64,000 bases of DNA from a virus. Location: the IMG/VR virus record IMGVR_UViG_3300027754_000044; one strand, given 5' to 3'. Below the pieces are notes generated by a model. That model worked only from the letters and a program-made list of their open reading frames with translations, was not told the origin of the DNA and made no database searches. Every line of letters begins with the position of its first letter. Position 1 is the first letter of the stretch. The position numbers and the translations under genes are program-made. Below, piece by piece: positions 52,773 to 61,359 of this stretch.

Positions 52773-52949
52773 CTAATCTTGATGATCAAAGTCTACCCAA
52801 TCCTCTTCACATTCATTAAGATCTATCACATCATCAGGTTGCAGCAACCGCATCAACTCAGCGGCGGCAACAGCATCTGCCTCCGGCATTGGCTCACTGG
52901 AAAAGATCAACTTCCCTGCACGATAAACACCGAAGGTATAAAGACTCAT
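52773..52949 (-). CDS. Small hypothetical protein
   Basis: Manual translation MSLYTFGVYRAGKLIF...DHQD; TAATG coupling. Confidence 0.5.
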   Translation of the reverse strand: MSLYTFGVYRAGKLIFSSEPMPEADAVAAAELMRLLQPDDVIDLNECEEDWVDFDHQD

Positions 52950-53185
52950 TATTTCATTTCCAAGTTAAATTCAACATCAAAATCATACTTGTCATAGTCC
53001 GATGCCTCAACAGTTAGAAGCGCACACCGCTGGCACCTTGCTCCATATTCGGCACTACCAACACCATTGTTGGGATCTTCATCCGAACAGCTGGTTTTGT
53101 TGTGATCACCAACCAACAGCAGCAAGGTATCACGATGTTCAACGAGAAGTTCAAATCTTTCTTCCCAGGTCAAATTCTTTTTCAT
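52949..53185 (-). CDS. Hypothetical protein with putative Zn ligands
   Basis: H..TSCSD...N...RCQRC. Confidence 0.6.
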   Translation of the reverse strand: MKKNLTWEERFELLVEHRDTLLLLVGDHNKTSCSDEDPNNGVGSAEYGARCQRCALLTVEASDYDKYDFDVEFNLEMK

Positions 53186-53385
53186 TATTTCACTCCAAAT
53201 TTATCCTTCATTGCCCAGCTCAATCGATTCTTGAAACTCGGATCCACATCCTGCACTTCAATTATTTTAGCACATTCACGCACAATCAACTGGGCAAATT
53301 TCTCCATATCATATGGATTATCACCGTCTCGATTGATAATGCTAATATAACACTGATCTTTCAACTCCTTGATTCGTTCGTTCAT
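53185..53385 (-). CDS. MNERI-family small protein
   Basis: MNERIKEL...EKFAQLIVREC...KFGVK. Confidence 0.7.
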   Translation of the reverse strand: MNERIKELKDQCYISIINRDGDNPYDMEKFAQLIVRECAKIIEVQDVDPSFKNRLSWAMKDKFGVK

Positions 53386-53537
53386 TATTCCATCTCCACA
53401 TATTCACCATCTTCAGAATCAAGATAACAGTCACCACTCACGGCCACATACATCTGGGCGGCGGATAACGAAGCAAATACTTTTTCTATCGATTCACCCA
53501 AACCATGATCTTGTTTGATCACTATGTAAACTTTCAT
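53385..53537 (-). CDS. Small MKVY-type hypothetical protein
   Basis: Manual translation MKVYIVIKQDHGLGESIEKVFAS... Confidence 0.55.
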   Translation of the reverse strand: MKVYIVIKQDHGLGESIEKVFASLSAAQMYVAVSGDCYLDSEDGEYVEME

Positions 53538-53676
53538 TATTTCATTTCCTTTTGTTGGGTCATGACAGCTTCACATGCTGGGCACGTGCCATAATGTCGG
53601 GCTAAGACACCACACACATGCGGAACAGATAAATCGTCATCTGTTAAGAAATATTTAAGGGTTGAGACTGATTCCA

Positions 53677-54072
53677 TTATTTCATATCCAATTCAAATTG
53701 TTCAGCTTCGGACAGCGGGGCCAACAATTCCGCATCCATTTGATTTGCTTCGTGATACCGTGCTTCTTCCTCATCACGGGCACGAATTTCAGCAGCGGCC
53801 CATTCTTCATCCGCTTCCTTGTCGTCAGTGCAGAAACCCATCTCACGCAATTGCACACGACCCTCGAAGGTTTCGCCCAGCATCTTGAGATATGCATGAA
53901 GACCGTCGATCTCACCACTGAGCCACTCCTCCGAATTCCACTGCTCATCAGTAGAACTACGCGGGCGGAAACCATGCACATCCTTGTGGAAGTCGCTGTA
54001 GTGTGACTGAAGTTCTTCAAGTTTGGTGTATTCGCTCATTTGGTTCATTTCGTTTCCTTTTTCATTTAACAT
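53677..54072 (-). CDS. Early hypothetical protein
   Basis: YSDFHKDVHGFRPR; directly behind an early promoter. Confidence 0.7.
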   Translation of the reverse strand: MLNEKGNEMNQMSEYTKLEELQSHYSDFHKDVHGFRPRSSTDEQWNSEEWLSGEIDGLHAYLKMLGETFEGRVQLREMGFCTDDKEADEEWAAAEIRARDEEEARYHEANQMDAELLAPLSEAEQFELDMK

Positions 54073-54078
54073 ACAACC

Positions 54079-54110
54079 AGTATAAGGGAAAGCTGGCTAA
54101 TTGGCAAGGC
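54079..54110 (-). promoter_or_regulatory. Repeated early promoter
   Basis: GCCTTGCCAATTAGCC...TATACT. Confidence 0.8.
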
Positions 54111-54159
54111 TTTTTTGGGCTTTTTTTGGTTTATTTTGGTCATTTAAAAACATGAATGA

Positions 54160-54185
54160 AAACAAGGGGTTATAAGTCACTGATT
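54160..54185. promoter_or_regulatory. IHF-like sites (inverted pair)
   Basis: AAACAAGGGGTTA (+) and AATCAGTGACTTA (-), against consensus WATCARNNNNTTR. Confidence 0.55.
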
Positions 54186-54297
54186 ATTAAGGAAAAAACG
54201 GACCGCTAGAACGCGTTTTAAGAGAGGGCCCGTTTTCGGGGATACTTACCCCTTACCTGTGGCTCAAAAACGCTCCACAGAGCGTCTCGCGGCTCTT

Positions 54298-54470
54298 TTA
54301 TGACCGAAAAACAAGACTTTTAGTAACTTTTCCAGTTTCCGGACATGTAAATGTAGCGATATCGTGTCCAAATATATCTTCTTCAATATCTTCTAATTCA
54401 AATTTAATATCAACCATATGTTTTTCATTACATTCCGAACATCTAACATAATGATGATGATGTTGCATCA
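54298..54470 (-). CDS. Small Zn-ribbon-like protein with His run
   Basis: MMQHHHHYVRCSEC...CP. Confidence 0.5.
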
Positions 54471-54562
54471 TGAAAATGCTGCTCCAATAAAGAAGATTAG
54501 AAATGGGAGAGCAATAACGCATATCGCCCCGATAAATGATTCAAGAATACTTTCTTCTTTCA

Positions 54563-54820
54563 TTATAGCATATCCTCAGCCGAACAACCATAATCTTCAT
54601 CAGTTCCCCAACCGGCAGAAGCAAGAGCATCTGCATCCGCTTCCGCATCTGAATTGAATCCATCAAATGGTTCATTCGACGTATCACATAATTCATTGAT
54701 ATATCGCGCGATATCTTCGAAAGGAAGACCAGTTCGTTTCGCTATTTGATGTTCATCAAGATTTTCATCATAAAACATATCTTCGATTTCTGCTGCCATT
54801 TCCGCCATCTTACTCATATG
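54563..54820 (-). CDS. Hypothetical acidic protein
   Basis: MSKM...DADALASAGWGTDEDYG. Confidence 0.65.
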   Translation of the reverse strand, partial: HMSKMAEMAAEIEDMFYDENLDEHQIAKRTGLPFEDIARYINELCDTSNEPFDGFNSDAEADADALASAGWGTDEDYGCSAEDML

Positions 54821-55028
54821 ACATATTCTCCATATCATTCTTATAATTCATCGCATCTTCGTGAGCGATATTCACCAACGATTTCATTTTAGATAAAGAC
54901 ACATTTTGATACTGACCCAAAAGAATACAAAGAACATTGTTTGTATTAACACCGGAAATAATCTGACACATCGCTTCGTCGATTATTTCATTAGTGATAT
55001 CTTTTTGACTTTTCATGCAAATCTCCAT
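54810..55028 (-). CDS. Hypothetical protein
   Basis: ORF in the early operon. Confidence 0.5.
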   Translation of the reverse strand: MEICMKSQKDITNEIIDEAMCQIISGVNTNNVLCILLGQYQNVSLSKMKSLVNIAHEDAMNYKNDMENMSYE

Positions 55029-55030
55029 AA

Positions 55031-55264
55031 TTAAAGAACAATCAATTCTTCGTCATCTTCCGGTGTCACGATAATACGTGACACGGGTTCTGTTCTCCAC
55101 CGCATTTCAATCGGAGAATGAAGCTCTATCGTGTGAGATACTTTTCCGCCGTAGCGAACGCGACTTTCAACCACGACACCTTCGAAACTCTGACCGAAAT
55201 ATTTGCCAGCCACTTGCTTTCCTTCGAGAATCCAGCTCACTTCGTTTCCTTTATCATTTATCAT
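55031..55264 (-). CDS. Early hypothetical protein
   Basis: W.LEG..V.GKY..G.V.ESRVRYGG.V.HTI. Confidence 0.7.
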   Translation of the reverse strand: MINDKGNEVSWILEGKQVAGKYFGQSFEGVVVESRVRYGGKVSHTIELHSPIEMRWRTEPVSRIIVTPEDDEELIVL

Positions 55265-55270
55265 ACAACC

Positions 55271-55330
55271 ATTATAAGCGAAGTCTGGCTAATTGTCAAG
55301 GCTTTTTTGGGCTTTCGTAAGTGCTTGATT
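55271..55330 (-). promoter_or_regulatory. Repeated early promoter with upstream IHF-like site
   Basis: GCCTTGACAATTAGCC, 17-nt spacer, TATAAT; AATCAAGCACTTA at 55318-55330. Confidence 0.8.
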
Positions 55331-55331
55331 A

Positions 55332-55619
55332 TTATAGATAAATTTCGGAATCTACGTCAGCCAAAAATTTTTTCATGTAACCGATAAGCTCATCGGCCTC
55401 AATGATTGTGCAATTATAGCGTGCACGAATTTTTTTATTTGGTGACCAAACGGGTGGCGCCCCCGCTGCCAATAATTCTAAAATTTCTTTATATGTCCAA
55501 TCTATTGTTTTATCTAAACTATACCAGCAGGCCATTACTTGATTTTCTTTTTTAAGGGATAGAATTCCACCATAATAAAATGTATACCAGCAAGAATTCC
55601 CCCAGCGACTATAACTCAT
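55332..55619 (-). CDS. Hypothetical protein
   Basis: MSYSRW..S.WY.F. Confidence 0.6.
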   Translation of the reverse strand: MSYSRWGNSCWYTFYYGGILSLKKENQVMACWYSLDKTIDWTYKEILELLAAGAPPVWSPNKKIRARYNCTIIEADELIGYMKKFLADVDSEIYL

Positions 55620-55821
55620 TTTCTACCGAATAGAAACCAAAATAATATAAGACAGATATAATTGAAATTATCAATATCAAACCAAAAATAACTCCAACCC
55701 AGCTCTGTTCTTTATCGGAATCAATACTAACATAAGAAGATCCCATATCACAGGTTCTCGCAAATCGAAAATGATTTGGGTTGTGATTGTAATACTTACC
55801 TAATTCTACTTTAGTTTTCAT
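55609..55821 (-). CDS. Small membrane protein
   Basis: One C-terminal hydrophobic helix. Confidence 0.55.
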   Translation of the reverse strand: MKTKVELGKYYNHNPNHFRFARTCDMGSSYVSIDSDKEQSWVGVIFGLILIISIISVLYYFGFYSVENEL

Positions 55822-55822
55822 A

Positions 55823-56809
55823 TTATGAACTATCCGAATTTTTCATATTCCATAATTGTTCTAATTGAGGAATATATTTAAGAGTATCGCATGAAGATAA
55901 AATTGCAGCTTTCATATAAGTCAAATCCATTTTTTGCTCTTCGGTCGCAGAAGCAGGAGAAGGCAAAAAGATAGCTGTATTGAGTTTATTATCATACGAA
56001 AATTGCTGATATAACATATCTGCTAGATTGGCCGAATTTTCTCCGATACGAGAAACTAATAATTCTTTTGTCACCTTATGCCAAAGTTTTTCACCAAATA
56101 GAAGATATGAAGCGCCAGCTAAACAAACATCTTTAGACATCTTTGCTTTATATAAACGATCATATGTAGTTAAAAGATTCTTTGTTAGGACATCATTAAA
56201 TTCTGTTACAATTCCATTAGCACCTATCTCATGAAGATATCGTTGATGATCATCTCGAATCGGATCATCGTTCTCCGGCGCCACTTTAAACATCAATGTT
56301 ATTCTTAGATTCGGACAGTTGCGCGAGGGCGCAGTTCCTTTATGTAATCTATTAGACTTAAATATTGCAGCAGTATTATAAACGGGTGCTGCAACATATG
56401 CAGTCATATCTTTTTCATATACGATTGTTTCTCCACCCCAATTAATATCCCAATTTTTATTGACATATATCACAATTGTTTTTGCATCTTTACGATATGA
56501 GTCTACATGAGGATATCCGTCTATACCATGAGTATGAGCATTTGAATAACATCTAATAAGTCTACGATTTGGAAAATGTTTTTCTTTCAAATATTCCCAT
56601 GCGGATTTGAAAGGCTCTTCTAATGTATGACTAATATCTAATCCGTTCGCCCAGTCATCACCTATACAAAGGCATTTACTCCAATGTGGAAATGGAATTT
56701 TCGGATTCGAAGAACGGCCATAATCCCAAGAAGAATTATTCAGATATGTGGAAATAGAATCAATCATCTCCGCCGGAAATACATTTTCAATTCGAGTAAA
56801 ATTAGTCAT
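55823..56809 (-). CDS. 2OG-Fe(II) oxygenase with C-terminal helical domain
   Basis: RCYSNAHTHGIDGYPHVD, WDINWGGET, H...P.R..P.LRITLMFK. Confidence 0.82.
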   Translation of the reverse strand: MTNFTRIENVFPAEMIDSISTYLNNSSWDYGRSSNPKIPFPHWSKCLCIGDDWANGLDISHTLEEPFKSAWEYLKEKHFPNRRLIRCYSNAHTHGIDGYPHVDSYRKDAKTIVIYVNKNWDINWGGETIVYEKDMTAYVAAPVYNTAAIFKSNRLHKGTAPSRNCPNLRITLMFKVAPENDDPIRDDHQRYLHEIGANGIVTEFNDVLTKNLLTTYDRLYKAKMSKDVCLAGASYLLFGEKLWHKVTKELLVSRIGENSANLADMLYQQFSYDNKLNTAIFLPSPASATEEQKMDLTYMKAAILSSCDTLKYIPQLEQLWNMKNSDSS

Positions 56810-56821
56810 TAATTAATTCCT

Positions 56822-56998
56822 TTATTCATTATCATCAATATCAAACCACTCGAATATATCTTCTACTATCGCTTTGGATATATTATCAATGATTTCCTGT
56901 TCGCTTGGGTTATCATTATGTTTGAATGCACGATTATATCCTCGCGTGGTTCCGGATTCGATACACAGTTCTAATATCGGAAAAAATTTAGGTTTCAT
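56822..56998 (-). CDS. Hypothetical protein
   Basis: MKPK...G..RAFKH.DNP...EWF. Confidence 0.6.
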   Translation of the reverse strand: MKPKFFPILELCIESGTTRGYNRAFKHNDNPSEQEIIDNISKAIVEDIFEWFDIDDNE

Positions 56999-57344
56999 GA
57001 TTGAATATAATACCATGTGGCAAAAATTATTCCGAAAACTATGATCATTGCTACAATTTCTATATCATCCATTATTTATTTCCTTTTAGTGACCACTGGT
57101 CATCTTCACGCGCAATGCGCGATATATTCCTTCAATCAAACTTAATTCAAGATTCAATTCTTCGCTAATATCTTCGCAAGATTTTCCGCGTTGTAGCAAA
57201 TCTTCTATCTTATGTAACAAACTCATTCTTTATCTCCAAAATGTTTCTTAGCCTGTTCCCAAACTTTGCGTGGATTCATAATACACCAAGCACCAATAAT
57301 AAACGGTGCTATAATCATAAGCAATAATTTCTTATACCATGGCA

Positions 57345-57560
57345 TCATTCTTTAACTCCGAAATGTTTCTTAACGTCTGCAATGCATCGGCGCACTTCCA
57401 TATCTTCCCGATTAAGGTCACCCATGAATCTTTTTTGTAATACAGCAATGACTTCTGCCACAATTGACTCGGCGAACTTTTGGTCGAACTTTTGGTCTCG
57501 ATCGTCATATTTTAACCTTGCTTTTACACATGCAGCAAGTTCTCGAATTCGTTCGTTCAT
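57345..57560 (-). CDS. MNERI-family small protein
   Basis: MNERIRELA...KFAESIV...KKHFGVKE. Confidence 0.7.
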   Translation of the reverse strand: MNERIRELAACVKARLKYDDRDQKFDQKFAESIVAEVIAVLQKRFMGDLNREDMEVRRCIADVKKHFGVKE

Positions 57561-57838
57561 TGTTCGAGTCCAAAATGTTTTTTAATCTGATTCATAAAAA
57601 CTTCAATGCCCATCTCTCTGCCAGCATTATATTCTTCTGATCCGTTCACCACTACTTGCGATTGAGTCAACTTACCATGTGCTAAACATTCCTTCACAAT
57701 CAACTCGGCGAACTTTTCTAATGTAATCCATTCATCCTTGCTATCAGTTTCGACAGTTTTACACTCGTGTGTTTCTGTTAAGTCATACAAGTAATAACCA
57801 GCCTCTTTAGCAAGTTCTCTAATTCGTTCGTTCATCAT
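57557..57838 (-). CDS. MNERI-family small protein
   Basis: MNERIRELAKEAG...EKFAELIVKEC...KKHFGLE. Confidence 0.7.
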   Translation of the reverse strand: MMNERIRELAKEAGYYLYDLTETHECKTVETDSKDEWITLEKFAELIVKECLAHGKLTQSQVVVNGSEEYNAGREMGIEVFMNQIKKHFGLEQ

Positions 57839-58191
57839 ATATCCCGACTACATTGGTAAGTTTGTTCTTCATCACAATCACATAAGGTATCATAATCATG
57901 GTGAATTTCTTCTGCATATGGACAGGTGTGCAATTCATTAGACTCTGTAACTTGTTCTTCAACTCCAAAATGTTCTTTCACATATCGTTCAACTTGAATA
58001 GTAATATCTTCATCACTGCAAATATCTAGATATCGTCTGTAAAAATCTACAATAGACTCCTGAGCAATTAACTGGGCGAACATATCCACATCCAATTCGT
58101 ATCCATCAAACTCCGGAGCACCGTTATGTTGGTTCTCGCTCCACACTTCTTTGGTGGCAAGGGCTTTCAATGCTTCAATTCGTTCGTTCAT
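57835..58191 (-). CDS. MNERI-family protein with Cys-rich extension
   Basis: MNERIEAL...FAQLIAQE...KEHFGVEE + HTCPY...C.C...C..DI. Confidence 0.7.
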   Translation of the reverse strand: MNERIEALKALATKEVWSENQHNGAPEFDGYELDVDMFAQLIAQESIVDFYRRYLDICSDEDITIQVERYVKEHFGVEEQVTESNELHTCPYAEEIHHDYDTLCDCDEEQTYQCSRDI

Positions 58192-58328
58192 TCTTCAGCC
58201 ATTTCTTCAGTCAATTCTTCGGCCACCAGATATGCAAACTTCTGACAAAACACATTAAACCAAAGTTTATTCAACATTTCCTCTGGTGCTCCGGCTTCGA
58301 CCGCAATTGCTTTCAATTCGTTATTCAT
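58188..58328 (-). CDS. MNERI-related small protein
   Basis: Manual translation MNNELKAIAVEAGAPEEMLNKLWFNVFCQKFAYLVAEE... Confidence 0.55.
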   Translation of the reverse strand: MNNELKAIAVEAGAPEEMLNKLWFNVFCQKFAYLVAEELTEEMAEE

Positions 58329-58428
58329 ATCATATCCTTATATAACCAGCGGCGAAATCTTGTTGATACTGTTGTTAGAATATTTACACCAACAATAATA
58401 ACAACAACTGCGACAATAATACCTTCAC

Positions 58429-58668
58429 TCATTCTTCCACTCCAAAATGTTCTTTTACATATCGTGCAACCTGCACAGTAATATCTTCCTCGCTACAAAT
58501 ATCTAGATATCGTCTGTAAAAATCTACAATAGACTCCTGAGCAATCAGCTCGGCGAACTTTTCCAATAGTTCAGGGGTGTCGGACATTGTTTCTTTTGAG
58601 GGGTTCAGCACCCAAGTGCTAAAGCCAGCCTGTTCAGCAAGTAGTTTAATTCGGTCATTCATAATCAC
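58429..58668 (-). CDS. MNERI-family small protein
   Basis: MNDRIKLLAEQAG...EKFAELIAQE...KEHFGVEE. Confidence 0.7.
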   Translation of the reverse strand: MIMNDRIKLLAEQAGFSTWVLNPSKETMSDTPELLEKFAELIAQESIVDFYRRYLDICSEEDITVQVARYVKEHFGVEE

Positions 58669-58826
58669 TCCATGACTTCGTATTCGAAAACTGTATAATC
58701 TACAAATTTGTTAAATGCTTGCAATTCAGCTGCTATCGCCTCGGCACGGGCCTCAGTAAAATATATGTTCTCGGGCTCTGAGGATCCCTCATAATCTCGT
58801 GAAGCCACCACAGCGTAAACTTTCAT
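58665..58826 (-). CDS. Small MKVY-type hypothetical protein
   Basis: Manual translation MKVYAVVASRDYEGSSEP... Confidence 0.55.
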   Translation of the reverse strand: MKVYAVVASRDYEGSSEPENIYFTEARAEAIAAELQAFNKFVDYTVFEYEVME

Positions 58827-59035
58827 TATTTTTTTCCAATCAATTGGTTAAGAACCAATTCACGGACTTGATCCGTAGCACACTCAAGTAAACCACGGAT
58901 CACAGTCTCAAAGTATCCTGCTTGATACGCATAGGCAGCATCGGGACATTCCGCTTTGGTGCGGGCCTTGAAAGCCTCAATCGCTTCGTTGATTTCATCT
59001 TCTTTATTCATCTTTGTTTCCTTTTTAATTTTCAT
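58826..59035 (-). CDS. Early hypothetical protein
   Basis: YAYQAGYFE; behind an early promoter. Confidence 0.65.
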   Translation of the reverse strand: MKIKKETKMNKEDEINEAIEAFKARTKAECPDAAYAYQAGYFETVIRGLLECATDQVRELVLNQLIGKK

Positions 59036-59041
59036 ACAACC

Positions 59042-59102
59042 ATTATAATCAAATCGTGGCTAATTGTCAAGGCTTATATTGGTCAATGAAATCAAAGGGT
59101 TA
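59042..59102 (-). promoter_or_regulatory. Repeated early promoter with IHF-like site
   Basis: GCCTTGACAATTAGCC...TATAAT; AATCAAAGGGTTA at 59090-59102. Confidence 0.8.
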
Positions 59103-59109
59103 CACGTCG

Positions 59110-59358
59110 CTATTTTTCGTTCTTCTCCCGCAGCTTGGTTTCGGCCCACATTGCGCCTAGAATAAAGCCATGCGATTGTTCTTCCTCACATGCCTCTACA
59201 TAGATTTCATCATCCGTCAGCCCAACCCACGCTTGAACCCCTGCCGATGCGCGAAGGGCGGCAAGTATCTCCCTCACAACATCACCATCCATCTGCACCT
59301 GTCCGTTTGAATCTTCCGGACAGCGCGTTAAAATGTAGCCGATAAGTTTTGAGTTCAT
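59110..59358 (-). CDS. Hypothetical protein
   Basis: WVGLTDDEI...AETKLREKN. Confidence 0.6.
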   Translation of the reverse strand: MNSKLIGYILTRCPEDSNGQVQMDGDVVREILAALRASAGVQAWVGLTDDEIYVEACEEEQSHGFILGAMWAETKLREKNEK

Positions 59359-59639
59359 TCCACATCCCATTTTCCAATGGTGCGTAAAAACGCTTCTGCG
59401 CGTTGTGCTGCGGTGGCATTAACTAGCATGATGCCTTGACGGGGTTGTCCCATAATTTCTGCAAGTTTATCTACAAAGACACCGTAATGCTGCAGCGTCT
59501 TCTCCGCTTCGTGCATGGCGTTGAGGTCGTTGCAGTAGTCGGGGACGCTTGCCGCAACACACTTTTGTGGTAAGGCATAACTCCATTGCAGGGTGCTACA
59601 CGCCTCCGCAATGGCGATACGTTGTGCTTCTGGTTTCAT
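59355..59639 (-). CDS. Hypothetical protein
   Basis: PDYCNDLNAMHEAEKTL, ATAAQRAEAFL. Confidence 0.65.
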   Translation of the reverse strand: MKPEAQRIAIAEACSTLQWSYALPQKCVAASVPDYCNDLNAMHEAEKTLQHYGVFVDKLAEIMGQPRQGIMLVNATAAQRAEAFLRTIGKWDVE

Positions 59640-59860
59640 CTTTCACCCTTTCTGATTGCGGCTGCGCATTTCTGCGCTATGTTCTCAACGCTATAAAATT
59701 CTTCGCACACTAAAGCGCACCGTTCACGCTCTTTTGCTACAGCCTCGGCAAGTTCGCGCTCAAGCCCTTGCGCTACCTCAACATCAACAACATAGTGAGG
59801 CTCTACAACACTGCCCATGTTGTGCTCGAATGCATTCGTTCTTGGGGTGTCGCTCATCAT
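59636..59860 (-). CDS. MSDTPRT-family small protein
   Basis: MSDTPRT...LERELAEA...ERERCA.VCEE...AIRKGE. Confidence 0.65.
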   Translation of the reverse strand: MMSDTPRTNAFEHNMGSVVEPHYVVDVEVAQGLERELAEAVAKERERCALVCEEFYSVENIAQKCAAAIRKGER

Positions 59861-60066
59861 TCAATCCCAAAGTGTTGAGCTATTCTTCCTGCCGCTTCGT
59901 ATGCGGGGCCATTCTCATCTTTCCGAACTTGTGCAATACACTCCCGCACAATCAATTCAGAGAACTTTTCTAAATTAGTCGAAAGAGTTCCAGTGGTAAA
60001 TGTGCCCACTGATATAAATTCAAAACCAACCTTTTCTGCAACTTTTTTAAATTGTTTGTTCATCAT
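59857..60066 (-). CDS. MNERI-related small protein
   Basis: EKFSELIVREC...HFGIE. Confidence 0.65.
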   Translation of the reverse strand: MMNKQFKKVAEKVGFEFISVGTFTTGTLSTNLEKFSELIVRECIAQVRKDENGPAYEAAGRIAQHFGIE

Positions 60067-60320
60067 TCACCCTTTCTGATTGCGTCAGCGCAAGCCAACA
60101 TAATTTCAATGCTTTCTTTTAACTGATACCTGCTATTTGCCATTTCCTCGCACACCTTCGCGCACCGTTCACGCTCGGCGGCTATTGCTTTGTCGCGCTG
60201 TCTCCTCGCCTCGGCAAGTTCGCGTTCAAGCTGTTGGGCGTGAAGGAACACCTCACTAACGTGATTTCTGTTTTCAAAATACTGATCTTCAAGCGCATCT
60301 GTTCTCGGTGTGTCGCTCAT
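60063..60320 (-). CDS. MSDTPRT-family small protein
   Basis: MSDTPRTDA...LERELAEA...ERERCAKVCEE...AIRKGE. Confidence 0.65.
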   Translation of the reverse strand: MSDTPRTDALEDQYFENRNHVSEVFLHAQQLERELAEARRQRDKAIAAERERCAKVCEEMANSRYQLKESIEIMLACADAIRKGE

Positions 60321-60509
60321 ATAACCCCTAGTATGCAATAGCGTGTATAATTTCTTTTTTGCCAAAGTAAAAGAATCGACCATTACTCAGCATCCGTGCA
60401 GTGCGTGTCGACTGTTTAACATAGTCATTACCGTTAAAGTGAAACAGCCGACCAATTCTAAACGATTCAAATTCCCATGATGTCATTATATTTCTCCTGT
60501 TGAACAGTT

Positions 60510-60541
60510 ACTATACGCTACTCGTGGCTAATTGTCAAGGC
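60510..60541 (-). promoter_or_regulatory. Repeated early promoter, inside the 3' end of the endonuclease ORF
   Basis: GCCTTGACAATTAGCC...TATAGT. Confidence 0.75.
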
Positions 60542-61054
60542 TTTTAAAAGGTCTTCTAGAAGTTTGCGGAATTGCTTATCTGTAGATTCACCCTTAGCCT
60601 TGTTCATACTGTTCAGCACGATCTGGATATTGTTCTCAACATAACCCTTCTTAGAATTTATGCGATCAACAGAAGCCATCCTGAGATTATTCTTACCGGT
60701 CTTATGATCTAACTTAATACCAGTGAACGCACAACAATAATTTTGTTTTTCTAGGATACCCTGTATATACGCAGTCGTCAGGTTGTGTTCTAGGATGCGC
60801 GTGTTTCTTTTTCTTCCAGTCAATGTTTTAGACAACAACACACTAGCCATCTTCGATCGATCATTCTTCCTGATTTCTCGCTGTTTCTTGTTGGTCGAGG
60901 ATACCTTATCTGCGTTATTGGCTCGATAATTGCGACTATATTCTAAGAACTTATCTGCGTTATTAGCTCGATAATTGCGACTATATTCTAAGAACTTATC
61001 TGCGTTATTAGCTCGATAATTGCGTTGATATTCACGGCGTTCTTCAATGTTCAC
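60518..61054 (-). CDS. HNH-like (homing) endonuclease with N-terminal repeats
   Basis: QNYCCAFTGI...SVDRINSKKGYVENNIQIV...N..K; 15-aa repeat NYRANNADKFLEYSR. Confidence 0.7.
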   Translation of the reverse strand: MNIEERREYQRNYRANNADKFLEYSRNYRANNADKFLEYSRNYRANNADKVSSTNKKQREIRKNDRSKMASVLLSKTLTGRKRNTRILEHNLTTAYIQGILEKQNYCCAFTGIKLDHKTGKNNLRMASVDRINSKKGYVENNIQIVLNSMNKAKGESTDKQFRKLLEDLLKALTISHE

Positions 61055-61275
61055 TTTGATACCTTTCGTTATGTTTTGACCAGTGGTTTTCGCCGCCGGA
61101 AATTCTCAAAAAAATTCTCAAAAAAAATTGTATGAATACCACCGTCGCATCGCATACGGCCCCCTTATCCCCCACCGCTCTATACACTGGTGAAACGGGC
61201 ACCGCAATAAAGACAGGCTTCGCACCTGATCGGATGTTTGCTAGCGACTCAGTTTAACATCTAAATCATCGACCG

Positions 61276-61352
61276 TGGTGGGCCCTGTTGGATTCGAACC
61301 AACGACCAAGAAATTATGAGTTTCCTGCTCTAACCATCTGAGCTAAGGGCCC
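61276..61352 (-). tRNA. tRNA with CAU anticodon, probably tRNA-Ile2 (lysidine type)
   Basis: GGGCCCTTAGCTCAGATGGTTAGAGCAGGAAACTCATAATTTCTTGGTCGTTGGTTCGAATCCAACAGGGCCCACCA; closely resembles enterobacterial ileX. Confidence 0.9.
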
Positions 61353-61359
61353 GCAAATT

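Noticed and set aside
57345-58668. Diversity-generating retroelement TR/VR pair
   Set aside because: No reverse transcriptase in the window, and the differences do not appear adenine-specific.
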